Positions 7,751 to 14,631 are shown, counted from the first letter of the stretch. The stretch: 53,302 nt of DNA from Candidatus Saccharimonadales bacterium (GCA_040879175.1 JBBDKW010000017.1:5505-58806); one strand, 5' to 3'. Numbers and translations are program-made. Notes: generated by a model from the letters alone, not told the origin.

Positions 7751-7779
7751 TTGCATAATTATACCTGTTATGCTAGAAT
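7751..7779 (+). promoter_or_regulatory. Sigma70-like promoter for the DEAD-box helicase gene
   Basis: TTGCAT (7751-7756), a 17-nt spacer, then an extended -10 TGcTAGAAT (7771-7779). This implies a 5' UTR of about 95 nt. Confidence 0.55.
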
Positions 7780-7879
7780 AAGTTTATTGTTCAAAATGAA
7801 TCCTAGTTTGTTTAATTTCTAACTCGGCTTCATCGAAACAAGAGAGTTAAATTAAACAAGCGAAAAGGATTCTATTTTT

Positions 7880-9082
7880 ATGTACCAAAATAACCACAGG
7901 CGTAGCCATTTTAATGGCGGGCGGCGTTTTAACAGATCGCAAACTACCATAAAACCAAGGAGCAGGGGCCAGTATATCGACCCTCAGCGCTTTATTAAAT
8001 TGGCCAACCCGGCACTGGATAGCGATTACGTGGCTAAACACGGCTTTGCCGATTTTGCCATCCATCCACTGCTGAAGAGCAACATAGCGGTCAAGGGGTA
8101 TAAGGTACCCTCTGAAATCCAAGATAAGACCATACCATTGGCCCTGGCTGGCCGCGACGTGGTTGGCGTGGCCAATACCGGCACCGGCAAAACGGCGGCC
8201 TTTGCCATACCGATACTCAATAAATTAATGCATACGCACCAAGCCAAAGCTCTGGTTGTGGCGCCGACGCGCGAGCTGGCTATCCAAATAGACGACCAAA
8301 TCAGAATTTATGCCAAACACAGCGCCGTTAAAAGCACCATATTGATAGGCGGCTTGCCGCTGGGGCGCCAGACAACCTCGCTCAAAGCCGGTCCTAACAT
8401 CATAATTGGCACCCCCGGGCGGCTGATAGACCATATAAAAAAGGGCAATTTACATCTGGGTGCCTGCAACATGGTGGTGTTGGACGAGGTAGACAGGATG
8501 CTGGACATGGGTTTTATAAACGACGTGCGCTACCTGCTTAATCTGCTGCCATCGCAGCGGCAATCCTTCTTTTTCAGCGCCACACTGAGTGGCGAAATAA
8601 AGGCGCTGATAAGTACTTTTACGTCCGATGCCGTGACCATTAACGTCAAAGCCGGTGAAACCAGCGAAAACGTGCATCAGGACGTGGTGCGATATAGCGG
8701 CAAACCCCAGCGATTGGAGCAACTCCATGACCTACTGATAGCCGGGCCGGCTAAAAAGACATTGATTTTCGGCGAAACGAAATACGGCGTAGAACGCCTG
8801 GCGCGCGAGCTAAAGTCACGAGGTTTTAAAGCAGAAGCCCTACACGGCGGTAAAAGCCAGGGCCAGCGCAAGCGGGCGCTCGACAGCTTCAGAAACAATG
8901 GCGTGAACGTTCTGGTAGCAACAGATGTGGCAGCTCGGGGGATTGATGTCATCGACATTACGCACGTGATTAATTTTGACGTGCCGCACACCTACGACGA
9001 CTACATCCACCGTATCGGTCGGGCCGGCAGGGCAGGCCGCACCGGACACGCCTTGACCTTCGTCGAAAACACTGCTAGGTAA
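7880..9082 (+). CDS. DEAD-box ATP-dependent RNA helicase
   Basis: 400 aa. Q motif, ANTGTGKTAAF (motif I), VLDEVDRMLDMGF (motif II, with DEVD in place of DEAD), SAT, ARGIDV and HRIGRAGRAGRTG. Confidence 0.9.
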   Translation: MYQNNHRRSHFNGGRRFNRSQTTIKPRSRGQYIDPQRFIKLANPALDSDYVAKHGFADFAIHPLLKSNIAVKGYKVPSEIQDKTIPLALAGRDVVGVANTGTGKTAAFAIPILNKLMHTHQAKALVVAPTRELAIQIDDQIRIYAKHSAVKSTILIGGLPLGRQTTSLKAGPNIIIGTPGRLIDHIKKGNLHLGACNMVVLDEVDRMLDMGFINDVRYLLNLLPSQRQSFFFSATLSGEIKALISTFTSDAVTINVKAGETSENVHQDVVRYSGKPQRLEQLHDLLIAGPAKKTLIFGETKYGVERLARELKSRGFKAEALHGGKSQGQRKRALDSFRNNGVNVLVATDVAARGIDVIDITHVINFDVPHTYDDYIHRIGRAGRAGRTGHALTFVENTAR

Positions 9083-9128
9083 GAGCAGACAATACCTAAC
9101 CCGTTGAGTATCTTAAAGCTGTTTTAGC

Positions 9129-9674
9129 TTAGGCCTGGGGTTCGGCTGGAGCGGACCTGTGACCCAGATATTTGCTGCGTATTTGGAACAGCAGCCAAAG
9201 ACCAATTATCGTACCGATGAGGTAGCCAATAAAGCTGCCAACACCACCGTAATCGGTGAAAATGACCAAAATACCGTAGACCAAGTTGACCAACAGGGCG
9301 TAAAACATCAAATTCCAGCCCCTTTTGGAGCGCGTTCGGGTAGCCTGAAAGGCCATAAGAAACAACACGGCCTCAACACCCAGAACGACTAACCCTACCC
9401 ACACCATAGCCGTTAGCTCACGGCCTGTTATGGTTGGGCCACCGTAAACTTGGCTGAACTGGTTGGTAAAATCTACCAAGTTGTTAACCGCGTGGGCCCA
9501 CTGCCAAAGCCAGTAAACCGCCCATAGTGTTAATATGCCGAGCACAAGATTTATCCAAGGCAGCCACGCTACCAGAACCTCTTTACCTCGCTCGGGTAGT
9601 TTCGGAGCGCTTTTTACAAAGACCCCTTCTAATGATTTTTCGAGCCCGTCTAACAAAGCCATATTAGCCTCCAC
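9129..9674 (-). CDS. Hypothetical integral membrane protein
   Basis: 181-aa ORF with 4-5 hydrophobic helices. SD is GGAGG upstream. A - strand promoter is present (TTGTCA, 17 nt, TATGCT). Confidence 0.7.
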   Translation of the reverse strand: MEANMALLDGLEKSLEGVFVKSAPKLPERGKEVLVAWLPWINLVLGILTLWAVYWLWQWAHAVNNLVDFTNQFSQVYGGPTITGRELTAMVWVGLVVLGVEAVLFLMAFQATRTRSKRGWNLMFYALLVNLVYGILVIFTDYGGVGSFIGYLIGTIIGLWLLFQIRSKYLGHRSAPAEPQA

Positions 9675-9778
9675 TTGATATTGCTTATAGCATAACCCCG
9701 CGGAGGCATACTGACAAGGATAAACAAAAGCCTAACTGATCAGAGAGTAATCGACTTGTTAAGTATTTTAATGATGAG

Positions 9779-10591
9779 TTAGGCGGGTTTGGGGGATGGT
9801 TTGGTTTTACTCTTTGGCCTATGGATTAAGCTGTAGGTTCGGCCAACCAAGGCGGCCGCCAGCAGAAACAGGCCAAAAAGGGTAACTTTGGTATAAGCCG
9901 CACTGACGGATTGGCCGACTTGCGTAGTTAACTCCGGCGAAAGCGAACCAAAACCGCCGCTACCGTCTTTGGGCGGGCTTTTTAGCAGCAGAGCTATTAG
10001 CGTACCGGGCAAACTCACCAACAAAATCAGTGAGCCCAAATTGGATAGCCGCCCCCAGCGGGCGCTGAAGTAGGCGACACCTGCCGCTAATAACAGAGAT
10101 AATACCGCAAAAATATTGAAGAATTTCTTAAGCGTCTGATGTGTATCTTTAGTAAAAATATTGAAAAGCGCGGCGTCTTTGATGAATTTGGCTTTTTGCT
10201 CGGGCGTGGCGGCGAATTTATCGGCCGTGGCCTCGATGCCGTCGTTGTAAATGGATTCGGTAATCGGTTTAAAGACTTTAATTGAGATTTCGGACGGCGA
10301 TAATGCTAGGTCGGCCTCGGTGATTTTGATGGAAGGAATATTCGGAATCGGCTGAATTACGCCGCCGGCTTCGGCCAGTGCTTCTCGGGCTTCCTCGGTA
10401 TCAACCGTATTGCCGCGGATGAATCCCATACCAATAATTAGCGCACCGACAGTCGGCGCGCGTTCTGGCTCAGTTAGCTTGACTAAGCTGAGCAAAATCA
10501 AGGTCGCGGACAACGAAAAGACAAGTAGGATTCCACAGATCCACTTGGCATCGACATACCAATAAGGCCGCGGGTTGGGGAAGAGCTTCAT
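9779..10591 (-). CDS. Hypothetical membrane protein (N-terminal and C-terminal TM segments, soluble middle region)
   Basis: 270-aa ORF with hydrophobic helices at both ends and a Lys/Pro-rich C-terminal tail. No family recognised. Confidence 0.7.
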   Translation of the reverse strand: MKLFPNPRPYWYVDAKWICGILLVFSLSATLILLSLVKLTEPERAPTVGALIIGMGFIRGNTVDTEEAREALAEAGGVIQPIPNIPSIKITEADLALSPSEISIKVFKPITESIYNDGIEATADKFAATPEQKAKFIKDAALFNIFTKDTHQTLKKFFNIFAVLSLLLAAGVAYFSARWGRLSNLGSLILLVSLPGTLIALLLKSPPKDGSGGFGSLSPELTTQVGQSVSAAYTKVTLFGLFLLAAALVGRTYSLIHRPKSKTKPSPKPA

Positions 10592-10701
10592 CCCGTTAGA
10601 CCTCAGCCTCCAACTTACAAGCTTTACTAATTATTAGATGACAGATGTGCCGCCCGAAGTACAGTTCGGTACTGATAATGCGGGGCTGAGGTCTAACGGG
10701 A
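10591..10701 (-). promoter_or_regulatory. 5' UTR element: an 18-bp perfect inverted repeat enclosing 75 nt, with one arm covering the SD and start codon of the 9779-10591 gene
   Basis: TCCCGTTAGACCTCAGCC (10591-10608) is the exact reverse complement of 10684-10701. On the - strand mRNA the 3' arm GGCUGAGGUCUAACGGGA ends on the A of the AUG and contains GAGG. Confidence 0.55.
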
Positions 10702-10745
10702 TTCATTAAATAAAATTATAGCCCGAAACACCTAAAAGCTAATGC

Positions 10746-10773
10746 TTGACTTTTTTCGATAAGTATGTATAAT
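10746..10773 (+). promoter_or_regulatory. Sigma70-like promoter for the 10785 gene
   Basis: TTGACT (10746-10751), a 16-nt spacer, then TATAAT (10768-10773). The ATG lies 11 nt after the -10 box. Confidence 0.6.
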
Positions 10774-10784
10774 TTGCTTTAGTT

Positions 10785-11552
10785 ATGAAGAGTGGTAAAA
10801 CATTATTTTTTAGCTTAAGCGCTGCCTTGGTTACATTGGTATTGGCGCCGTTGCCGGCATACGCTAACCATTCGTGGGGCGGCTATCACTGGGCCCGCAC
10901 CGCCAACCCTTTTAACCTAAAACTGGGTGACAACCTGAACGGAACGTGGGACCCCTACTTAGCTACAACCTCGAACGACTGGACCCAATCAGCTGTCTTG
11001 GATACAAATATTGTCGCCGGTAAGACCAACGCTAAAAAGTGTCGTCCGACATCCGGACAAGTTGAAGTTTGCAACTCTAAATACGGTCGCAATGGCTGGC
11101 TGGGTGTTGCCACAATATGGATAAGTGGTAGCCATATATACCAAGGTACGGTCAAGGTCAATGACACCTACTTTAATACCAGTACATACAACACACCAGC
11201 CTGGAGAAATATGGTGATGTGCCAGGAAGCCGGGCACACTCTGGGCCTAGACCACCAGGACGAGGATTTTTATAACGAGCCACTTGGCACTTGTATGGAT
11301 TACAGCGTTGATCCAACACCCAATCAGCATCCTAACCAGCACGACTATGACATGCTGGCCGAAATTTACACTCATCTAGATAGCACCACAACCGTTGGCC
11401 AAGCTACTCAGTCCAGCCCGAAGGGCCGCAACGATGGCGGTAACGATCCCAAGGCTTGGGGTAAGCTGGTGCGCCAACACGGCAAATCAGCTGTTTATGA
11501 GCTTGATCTTGGTAAGGGCCACAAAATCTTCACTTTCGTAATCTTGAACTAG
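10785..11552 (+). CDS. Secreted zincin-like metalloprotease-domain protein with the atypical motif QEAGHTLGLDH
   Basis: 255 aa with a signal peptide (LVLAPLPAYA). The motif CQEAGHTLGLDHQD follows the HExxHxxGxxH layout, but Gln replaces the first His. Confidence 0.5.
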   Translation: MKSGKTLFFSLSAALVTLVLAPLPAYANHSWGGYHWARTANPFNLKLGDNLNGTWDPYLATTSNDWTQSAVLDTNIVAGKTNAKKCRPTSGQVEVCNSKYGRNGWLGVATIWISGSHIYQGTVKVNDTYFNTSTYNTPAWRNMVMCQEAGHTLGLDHQDEDFYNEPLGTCMDYSVDPTPNQHPNQHDYDMLAEIYTHLDSTTTVGQATQSSPKGRNDGGNDPKAWGKLVRQHGKSAVYELDLGKGHKIFTFVILN

Positions 11553-11553
11553 G

Positions 11554-11754
11554 CTATTTTTCGCGGTGGCGACGGCGCTGGACTATTTCGTAACCAGCGG
11601 CAGCCAACATACCGAGGATGAGCGGAGAAGCAATCACAACGATCTCACCTTTGTGCCTCACCAAGAAGTTCTTCTCCTTATCGACTTTAATTGACTCAGG
11701 TAAAACCAGCGGTTCAACTTCGATCTCCTCAGGAGATGGTCTCTCAGATTCCAT
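11554..11754 (-). CDS. Small tail-anchored hypothetical protein
   Basis: 66-aa ORF, acidic at the N-terminus, with a C-terminal TM helix (VVIASPLILGMLAAAGYEIV) and a basic tail. A - strand TATAAT (11763-11768) lies 8 nt from the ATG. Confidence 0.4.
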   Translation of the reverse strand: MESERPSPEEIEVEPLVLPESIKVDKEKNFLVRHKGEIVVIASPLILGMLAAAGYEIVQRRRHREK

Positions 11755-11779
11755 ACACCAGAATTATACTCTTCACTTT

Positions 11780-11817
11780 GTACGTTATAACTTTGTTATA
11801 ACAAAGTTATAACGTAC
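11780..11817. promoter_or_regulatory. 38-bp perfect palindrome made of three GTTATAAC boxes at 11-bp phasing; probable operator in a divergent promoter region
   Basis: GTACGTTATAACTTTGTTATAACAAAGTTATAACGTAC is its own reverse complement. GTTATAAC occurs at 11784, 11795 and 11806. The palindrome overlaps the -35 positions of both divergent promoters. Confidence 0.7.
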
Positions 11818-11868
11818 GGTGTAAAATGGAAAGTAGTTGAGGAGAAGAGGGAGTAGGAGGTAAAAAAA

Positions 11869-12087
11869 GTGATTAGGAAGATTATAAAAGTTGGTAACTC
11901 GGACGGCGTGGTCATACCGGCATCGGTTATGCGGGCGCACAAACTAAAAGCCGGCGACCGTGTGGAGGTGATTGTCAGCCCGCCGGGCGAGATCGCCCGG
12001 CGGCTGGAATTTTTACAAGAGCTAGACGATTTCCGTAAACACCGCGAAAAGCCGCAGAAGGCCCCTTCCGAAGACCAGCTCCTCTGA
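11869..12087 (+). CDS. AbrB/MazE/SpoVT-family DNA-binding protein (antitoxin-like regulator)
   Basis: 72 aa with a GTG start and a strong SD (GGAGG). KVGNSDGVVIPASVMRAHKLKAGDRVEV is the swapped-hairpin SpoVT/AbrB signature. Confidence 0.7.
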   Translation: MIRKIIKVGNSDGVVIPASVMRAHKLKAGDRVEVIVSPPGEIARRLEFLQELDDFRKHREKPQKAPSEDQLL

Positions 12088-12104
12088 TGGAGTAAAATAT
12101 AAGT

Positions 12105-12371
12105 ATGGGAAGTGAGAGACTTTCAGGCTCGGCCGAGCAGCGCCAATTAAAAATTTCTTATGAAGAAGTTTCGTCAAGGCCGGACATTTTTGGGTACACG
12201 GCTGGCACCGACGAAGAAGGCTTCTACGCTTACGGACCCCCGCTTAAAGAAGATAAGGATGATGATAAGTTTCACAAATTGACCACCGAGCCCGTAGAGA
12301 CCGAGGACCAAGCCCTGGAAATACTGGTTGACTACCTAAACAAAACCTATGCCGGGGAGGGACTAAAATGA
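12105..12371 (+). CDS. Hypothetical acidic protein
   Basis: 88-aa ORF. Its stop overlaps the next start (ATGA). No recognisable motif. Confidence 0.5.
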   Translation: MGSERLSGSAEQRQLKISYEEVSSRPDIFGYTAGTDEEGFYAYGPPLKEDKDDDKFHKLTTEPVETEDQALEILVDYLNKTYAGEGLK

Positions 12372-12796
12372 GGCCCGACATAGATATATATCTGAATATC
12401 GACGGGGTGCTGCTCGACAGTGACTCGCGGCCGGCCAACTACAGCCGCGAATTTATCAAATACATCGTGCCGAACTTCAACACTTATTGGCTGAGCAGCC
12501 GTTCCAAGGATGGCAACTTTATGATAATCAAAGAACTATCGAAAATCTTTGAGCCTAAGATTGTCGAACTGATTGGCGGGATACGCCCAGCCCGCTGGAG
12601 CTTTGCCAAGACCCAAGCCATCGACTTTAGCCGGCCGTTTTTGTGGTTTGACGATGAACTGGTGGTTCACGAGCGGCTGGAACTGATCAGAAATAATGTT
12701 CTGGAGAGTTGGATTGAGGTTAATCTAACCAGAGACGAAAACCGCCTGTCGGATTTTTTGGTCCGACTCCCACAACCGGCCAGCTGTATCTTATAA
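12368..12796 (+). CDS. HAD-like hydrolase-fold protein with Asn at the nucleophile position
   Basis: 142 aa. IYLNIDGVL follows the motif I layout hhhDxDxV but reads NxD. WLSSRS resembles motif II and FLWFDDE resembles motif IV. Confidence 0.4.
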   Translation: MRPDIDIYLNIDGVLLDSDSRPANYSREFIKYIVPNFNTYWLSSRSKDGNFMIIKELSKIFEPKIVELIGGIRPARWSFAKTQAIDFSRPFLWFDDELVVHERLELIRNNVLESWIEVNLTRDENRLSDFLVRLPQPASCIL

Positions 12797-12798
12797 AT

Positions 12799-13176
12799 AT
12801 GGAACTGACGATTTCAACTCAGGATAACCGGCAGGTGGTGGATATAACCGAGCACGTGCAGCATTCGGTTAAGCCGGGCGCCAGAGCTGTTACCATCTAT
12901 GTGGCCCATACCACTTGTGCGGTGACCACGGCCGATCTGGATCCGGGTACCGATCTAGACCTTTTAGATGCCGTCTGGCAGATGATTCCCAAGCTCAAGT
13001 ATCGCCACCCGCACGATCCGGCGCACGTACCGGCGCATTTGGCCAGTAGTATAATCGGCCCGAGTGTGACCGTGCCCTTAGACGGCGGCAAACTGGTGCT
13101 GGGAGCCTGGCAAAGAATTATACTAGTCGAACTTGACGGGCCGCGCGAGCGCAAAGTTATAATCGCTAATCTGTGA
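12799..13176 (+). CDS. yjbQ: YjbQ/UPF0047 family protein (secondary thiamine-phosphate synthase-type)
   Basis: 125 aa. HTTCAVTTADLDPG, HPHD..H.PAHL and GKLVLGAWQRIILVELDGPRERKV are family hallmarks. Confidence 0.85.
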   Translation: MELTISTQDNRQVVDITEHVQHSVKPGARAVTIYVAHTTCAVTTADLDPGTDLDLLDAVWQMIPKLKYRHPHDPAHVPAHLASSIIGPSVTVPLDGGKLVLGAWQRIILVELDGPRERKVIIANL

Positions 13177-13182
13177 GGTGAT

Positions 13183-13467
13183 ATGGGCCGCAAGTGGTCA
13201 CAAAGAGTTACGAAGACTAGTAATGCGCTAGATTTAGACAAAGGCGTGTTTACGTGGGATGACCCCAAGAGGATTGCCGCCTCACTGAAAGCTTCGGCGG
13301 AAAGAAGCTCACGGCGTAAGGCCGAGCCGCTTCAGTCGGCTATGAGTATGCTGAATTTTTATATAAACCGGGCCGGCAAAAACCTGCCAGCCGCCCAAAA
13401 ACGAATACTCGAAAATGCTAAATCTGAACTGAGAAAACTGTTTGAACGCCAGAAAAACCAAAAATAG
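13183..13467 (+). CDS. DUF3175-family protein
   Basis: 94 aa. IAASLKASAERSSRRKAEPLQSAMSMLNFYINRAGKNL matches my memory of DUF3175. Confidence 0.65.
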   Translation: MGRKWSQRVTKTSNALDLDKGVFTWDDPKRIAASLKASAERSSRRKAEPLQSAMSMLNFYINRAGKNLPAAQKRILENAKSELRKLFERQKNQK

Positions 13468-13479
13468 TAAGATAAATTG

Positions 13480-13509
13480 TTGACATTATTTTAGTCTCGG
13501 GCTTATGCT
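13480..13509 (+). promoter_or_regulatory. Promoter-like element for a short non-coding transcript
   Basis: TTGACA (13480-13485), an 18-nt spacer, then TATGCT (13504-13509). Confidence 0.4.
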
Positions 13510-13565
13510 TAAGATACCCACGGAGAGGTGGTTAGTAGCTAAGCATTTCGGTGCCGCGGCTACGC

Positions 13566-13593
13566 AAAAAGGGGCCTTACAAAGCCCCTTTTT
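13566..13593 (+). terminator. Intrinsic terminator (A-tract, GC stem, T-tract)
   Basis: AAAAAGGGGC-cttacaaa-GCCCCTTTTT. Confidence 0.65.
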
Positions 13594-13598
13594 GTGTA

Positions 13599-13686
13599 CG
13601 GCCTTCGGCCTTACGAGAAACCGTCGAAGGGGTTTCTCATCGCGCCGGCAAAATGGTTCACATTTTGTCGGGCTGCTCATCCGGAG
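13599..13686 (+). repeat. Structured intergenic repeat, copy A (subtype 1, full length)
   Basis: Shares an exact 47-nt block (GTTTCTCATCGCGCCGGCAAAATGGTTCACATTTTGTCGGGCTGCTC) with the reverse complement of 46896-46985. Three hairpins are present. Confidence 0.8.
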
Positions 13687-13782
13687 AATATGGATGCGGA
13701 TTTTCTGCAATGCGAAAATACTCGAAAACCTGCCACCAGATGTGTTAAAGTTAAAGCATAAGGATTAAAAACAGGGGAGAAA

Positions 13783-14451
13783 ATGGATATGGATTTTCGC
13801 GAACCTACGACGCACCAGCCGCAAGAACCGATGCGCCCGGTATCGCCACTGCCACCGGCAAAAGCCAAGCGCGGTGGACGCGGCAAGGGGTTTCTAAAGC
13901 TGCTGCTAGTCCTGATCTTAATTGCCGGTGCTGGCGCAGGGGGTTGGTACTACCGCGATACGAAGGCTAAAGACGATTCTAAAATACTGCTTGGTGAGAT
14001 TAGTAATCTAACTACTAGGATGGCCGCTCTGCAAAAAGAGCTTGACGATGCCAAAGCGGCCCAAGCCGCCGAATCAACGACCAAGACCAAACCCTCTCAA
14101 GCCGATTTGGATAACATTGAGGCGGCAATAAAGTCCGGTAACACGGCGGCACTTGAACAGCTGATGGCCAGCAAGGTCACCGTCATTCTTGCTGCCAGCG
14201 AAGGCTTGGGCGAAAGGACTCCGACACAGGCCATCAAAGATCTGGATTACCTCGACAGCGGTACAGACCCTTGGAATTTTGATCTGCCGGCAGCCACCGT
14301 AGACGGTTATCAGGCCGGTGACTACAAACAATATTTCCCGGATGGGGCTTTGGTTGGAAAGTCAGCCAACAATTACGTGGTGTCCTTCTCGTTCAATGAC
14401 AGCGGTAAGATAAGCACCATCTTCATGTCCAACAGCGCGGACCTGCTGTAG
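13783..14451 (+). CDS. Hypothetical membrane-anchored protein with a coiled-coil segment
   Basis: 222 aa. SD is GGGGAG, 5 nt upstream. Contains a TM helix (LLLVLILIAGAGAGGWYY) and a heptad-like region. Confidence 0.65.
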   Translation: MDMDFREPTTHQPQEPMRPVSPLPPAKAKRGGRGKGFLKLLLVLILIAGAGAGGWYYRDTKAKDDSKILLGEISNLTTRMAALQKELDDAKAAQAAESTTKTKPSQADLDNIEAAIKSGNTAALEQLMASKVTVILAASEGLGERTPTQAIKDLDYLDSGTDPWNFDLPAATVDGYQAGDYKQYFPDGALVGKSANNYVVSFSFNDSGKISTIFMSNSADLL

Positions 14452-14496
14452 ATCAACGGCTGTAAATATTACAACTTAGATAATAAACTTAAGCGT

Positions 14497-14525
14497 TTGA
14501 CAAGTTTTTAGCAGCTGTATATATT
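14497..14525 (+). promoter_or_regulatory. Sigma70-like promoter
   Basis: TTGACA (14497-14502), a 17-nt spacer, then TATATT (14520-14525). Confidence 0.6.
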
Positions 14526-14585
14526 GGGAGTCAGATCATCGTGAGGTGATTCAGCGACTATCCGCAAGGAAAAACCGCGTAAAAC

Positions 14586-14612
14586 AGCGCCCCTCAAAAG
14601 GCGCTATTTTAT
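14586..14612 (+). terminator. Intrinsic terminator or attenuator hairpin about 20 nt upstream of the 14632 start codon
   Basis: AGCGCC-cctcaaaa-GGCGCT followed by ATTTTATTT. Confidence 0.55.
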
Positions 14613-14631
14613 TTATTGTTAATATTGGAGT

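Noticed and set aside
9753-9768. Exact 16-mer GACTTGTTAAGTATTT shared with 18645-18660, with related palindromes near 39303 and 40657
   Set aside because: For a 53-kb window the expected number of chance same-strand 16-mer repeats is about 0.3 (N^2/2 divided by 4^16), and higher in AT-rich spacers. The matches mostly overlap TTGAC-type -35 regions. This is not strong enough to call a motif.
10591-10701. 18-bp inverted repeats flanking 75 bp, considered as an invertible (phase-variable) promoter or a MITE
   Set aside because: The enclosed segment is very short and has no convincing promoter in either orientation. No invertase or recombinase gene is nearby. No target-site duplication is present. 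One arm coincides exactly with the SD and AUG, which fits an RNA-level role better.
13640-13690. Reverse complement of the repeat contains C(G)GA(U/A)GAG ... GAUGAGAAAC, superficially like hammerhead ribozyme cores (CUGANGA / GAAA)
   Set aside because: The invariant U of CUGA is G. No stem II closed by a G-C pair can be placed between the two boxes. No cleavage-site helix III is apparent.
13551-13748. ORFs at 13551-13748 (+), 31200-31400 (+) and 46747-46992 (-) share the peptide VSHRAG(K/Q)...SGCSSG, which could suggest a conserved small-protein family
   Set aside because: The shared peptide is just the translation of the nucleotide repeat. The ORFs have different lengths and frames outside the repeat, have no SDs, and sit in intergenic spacers.
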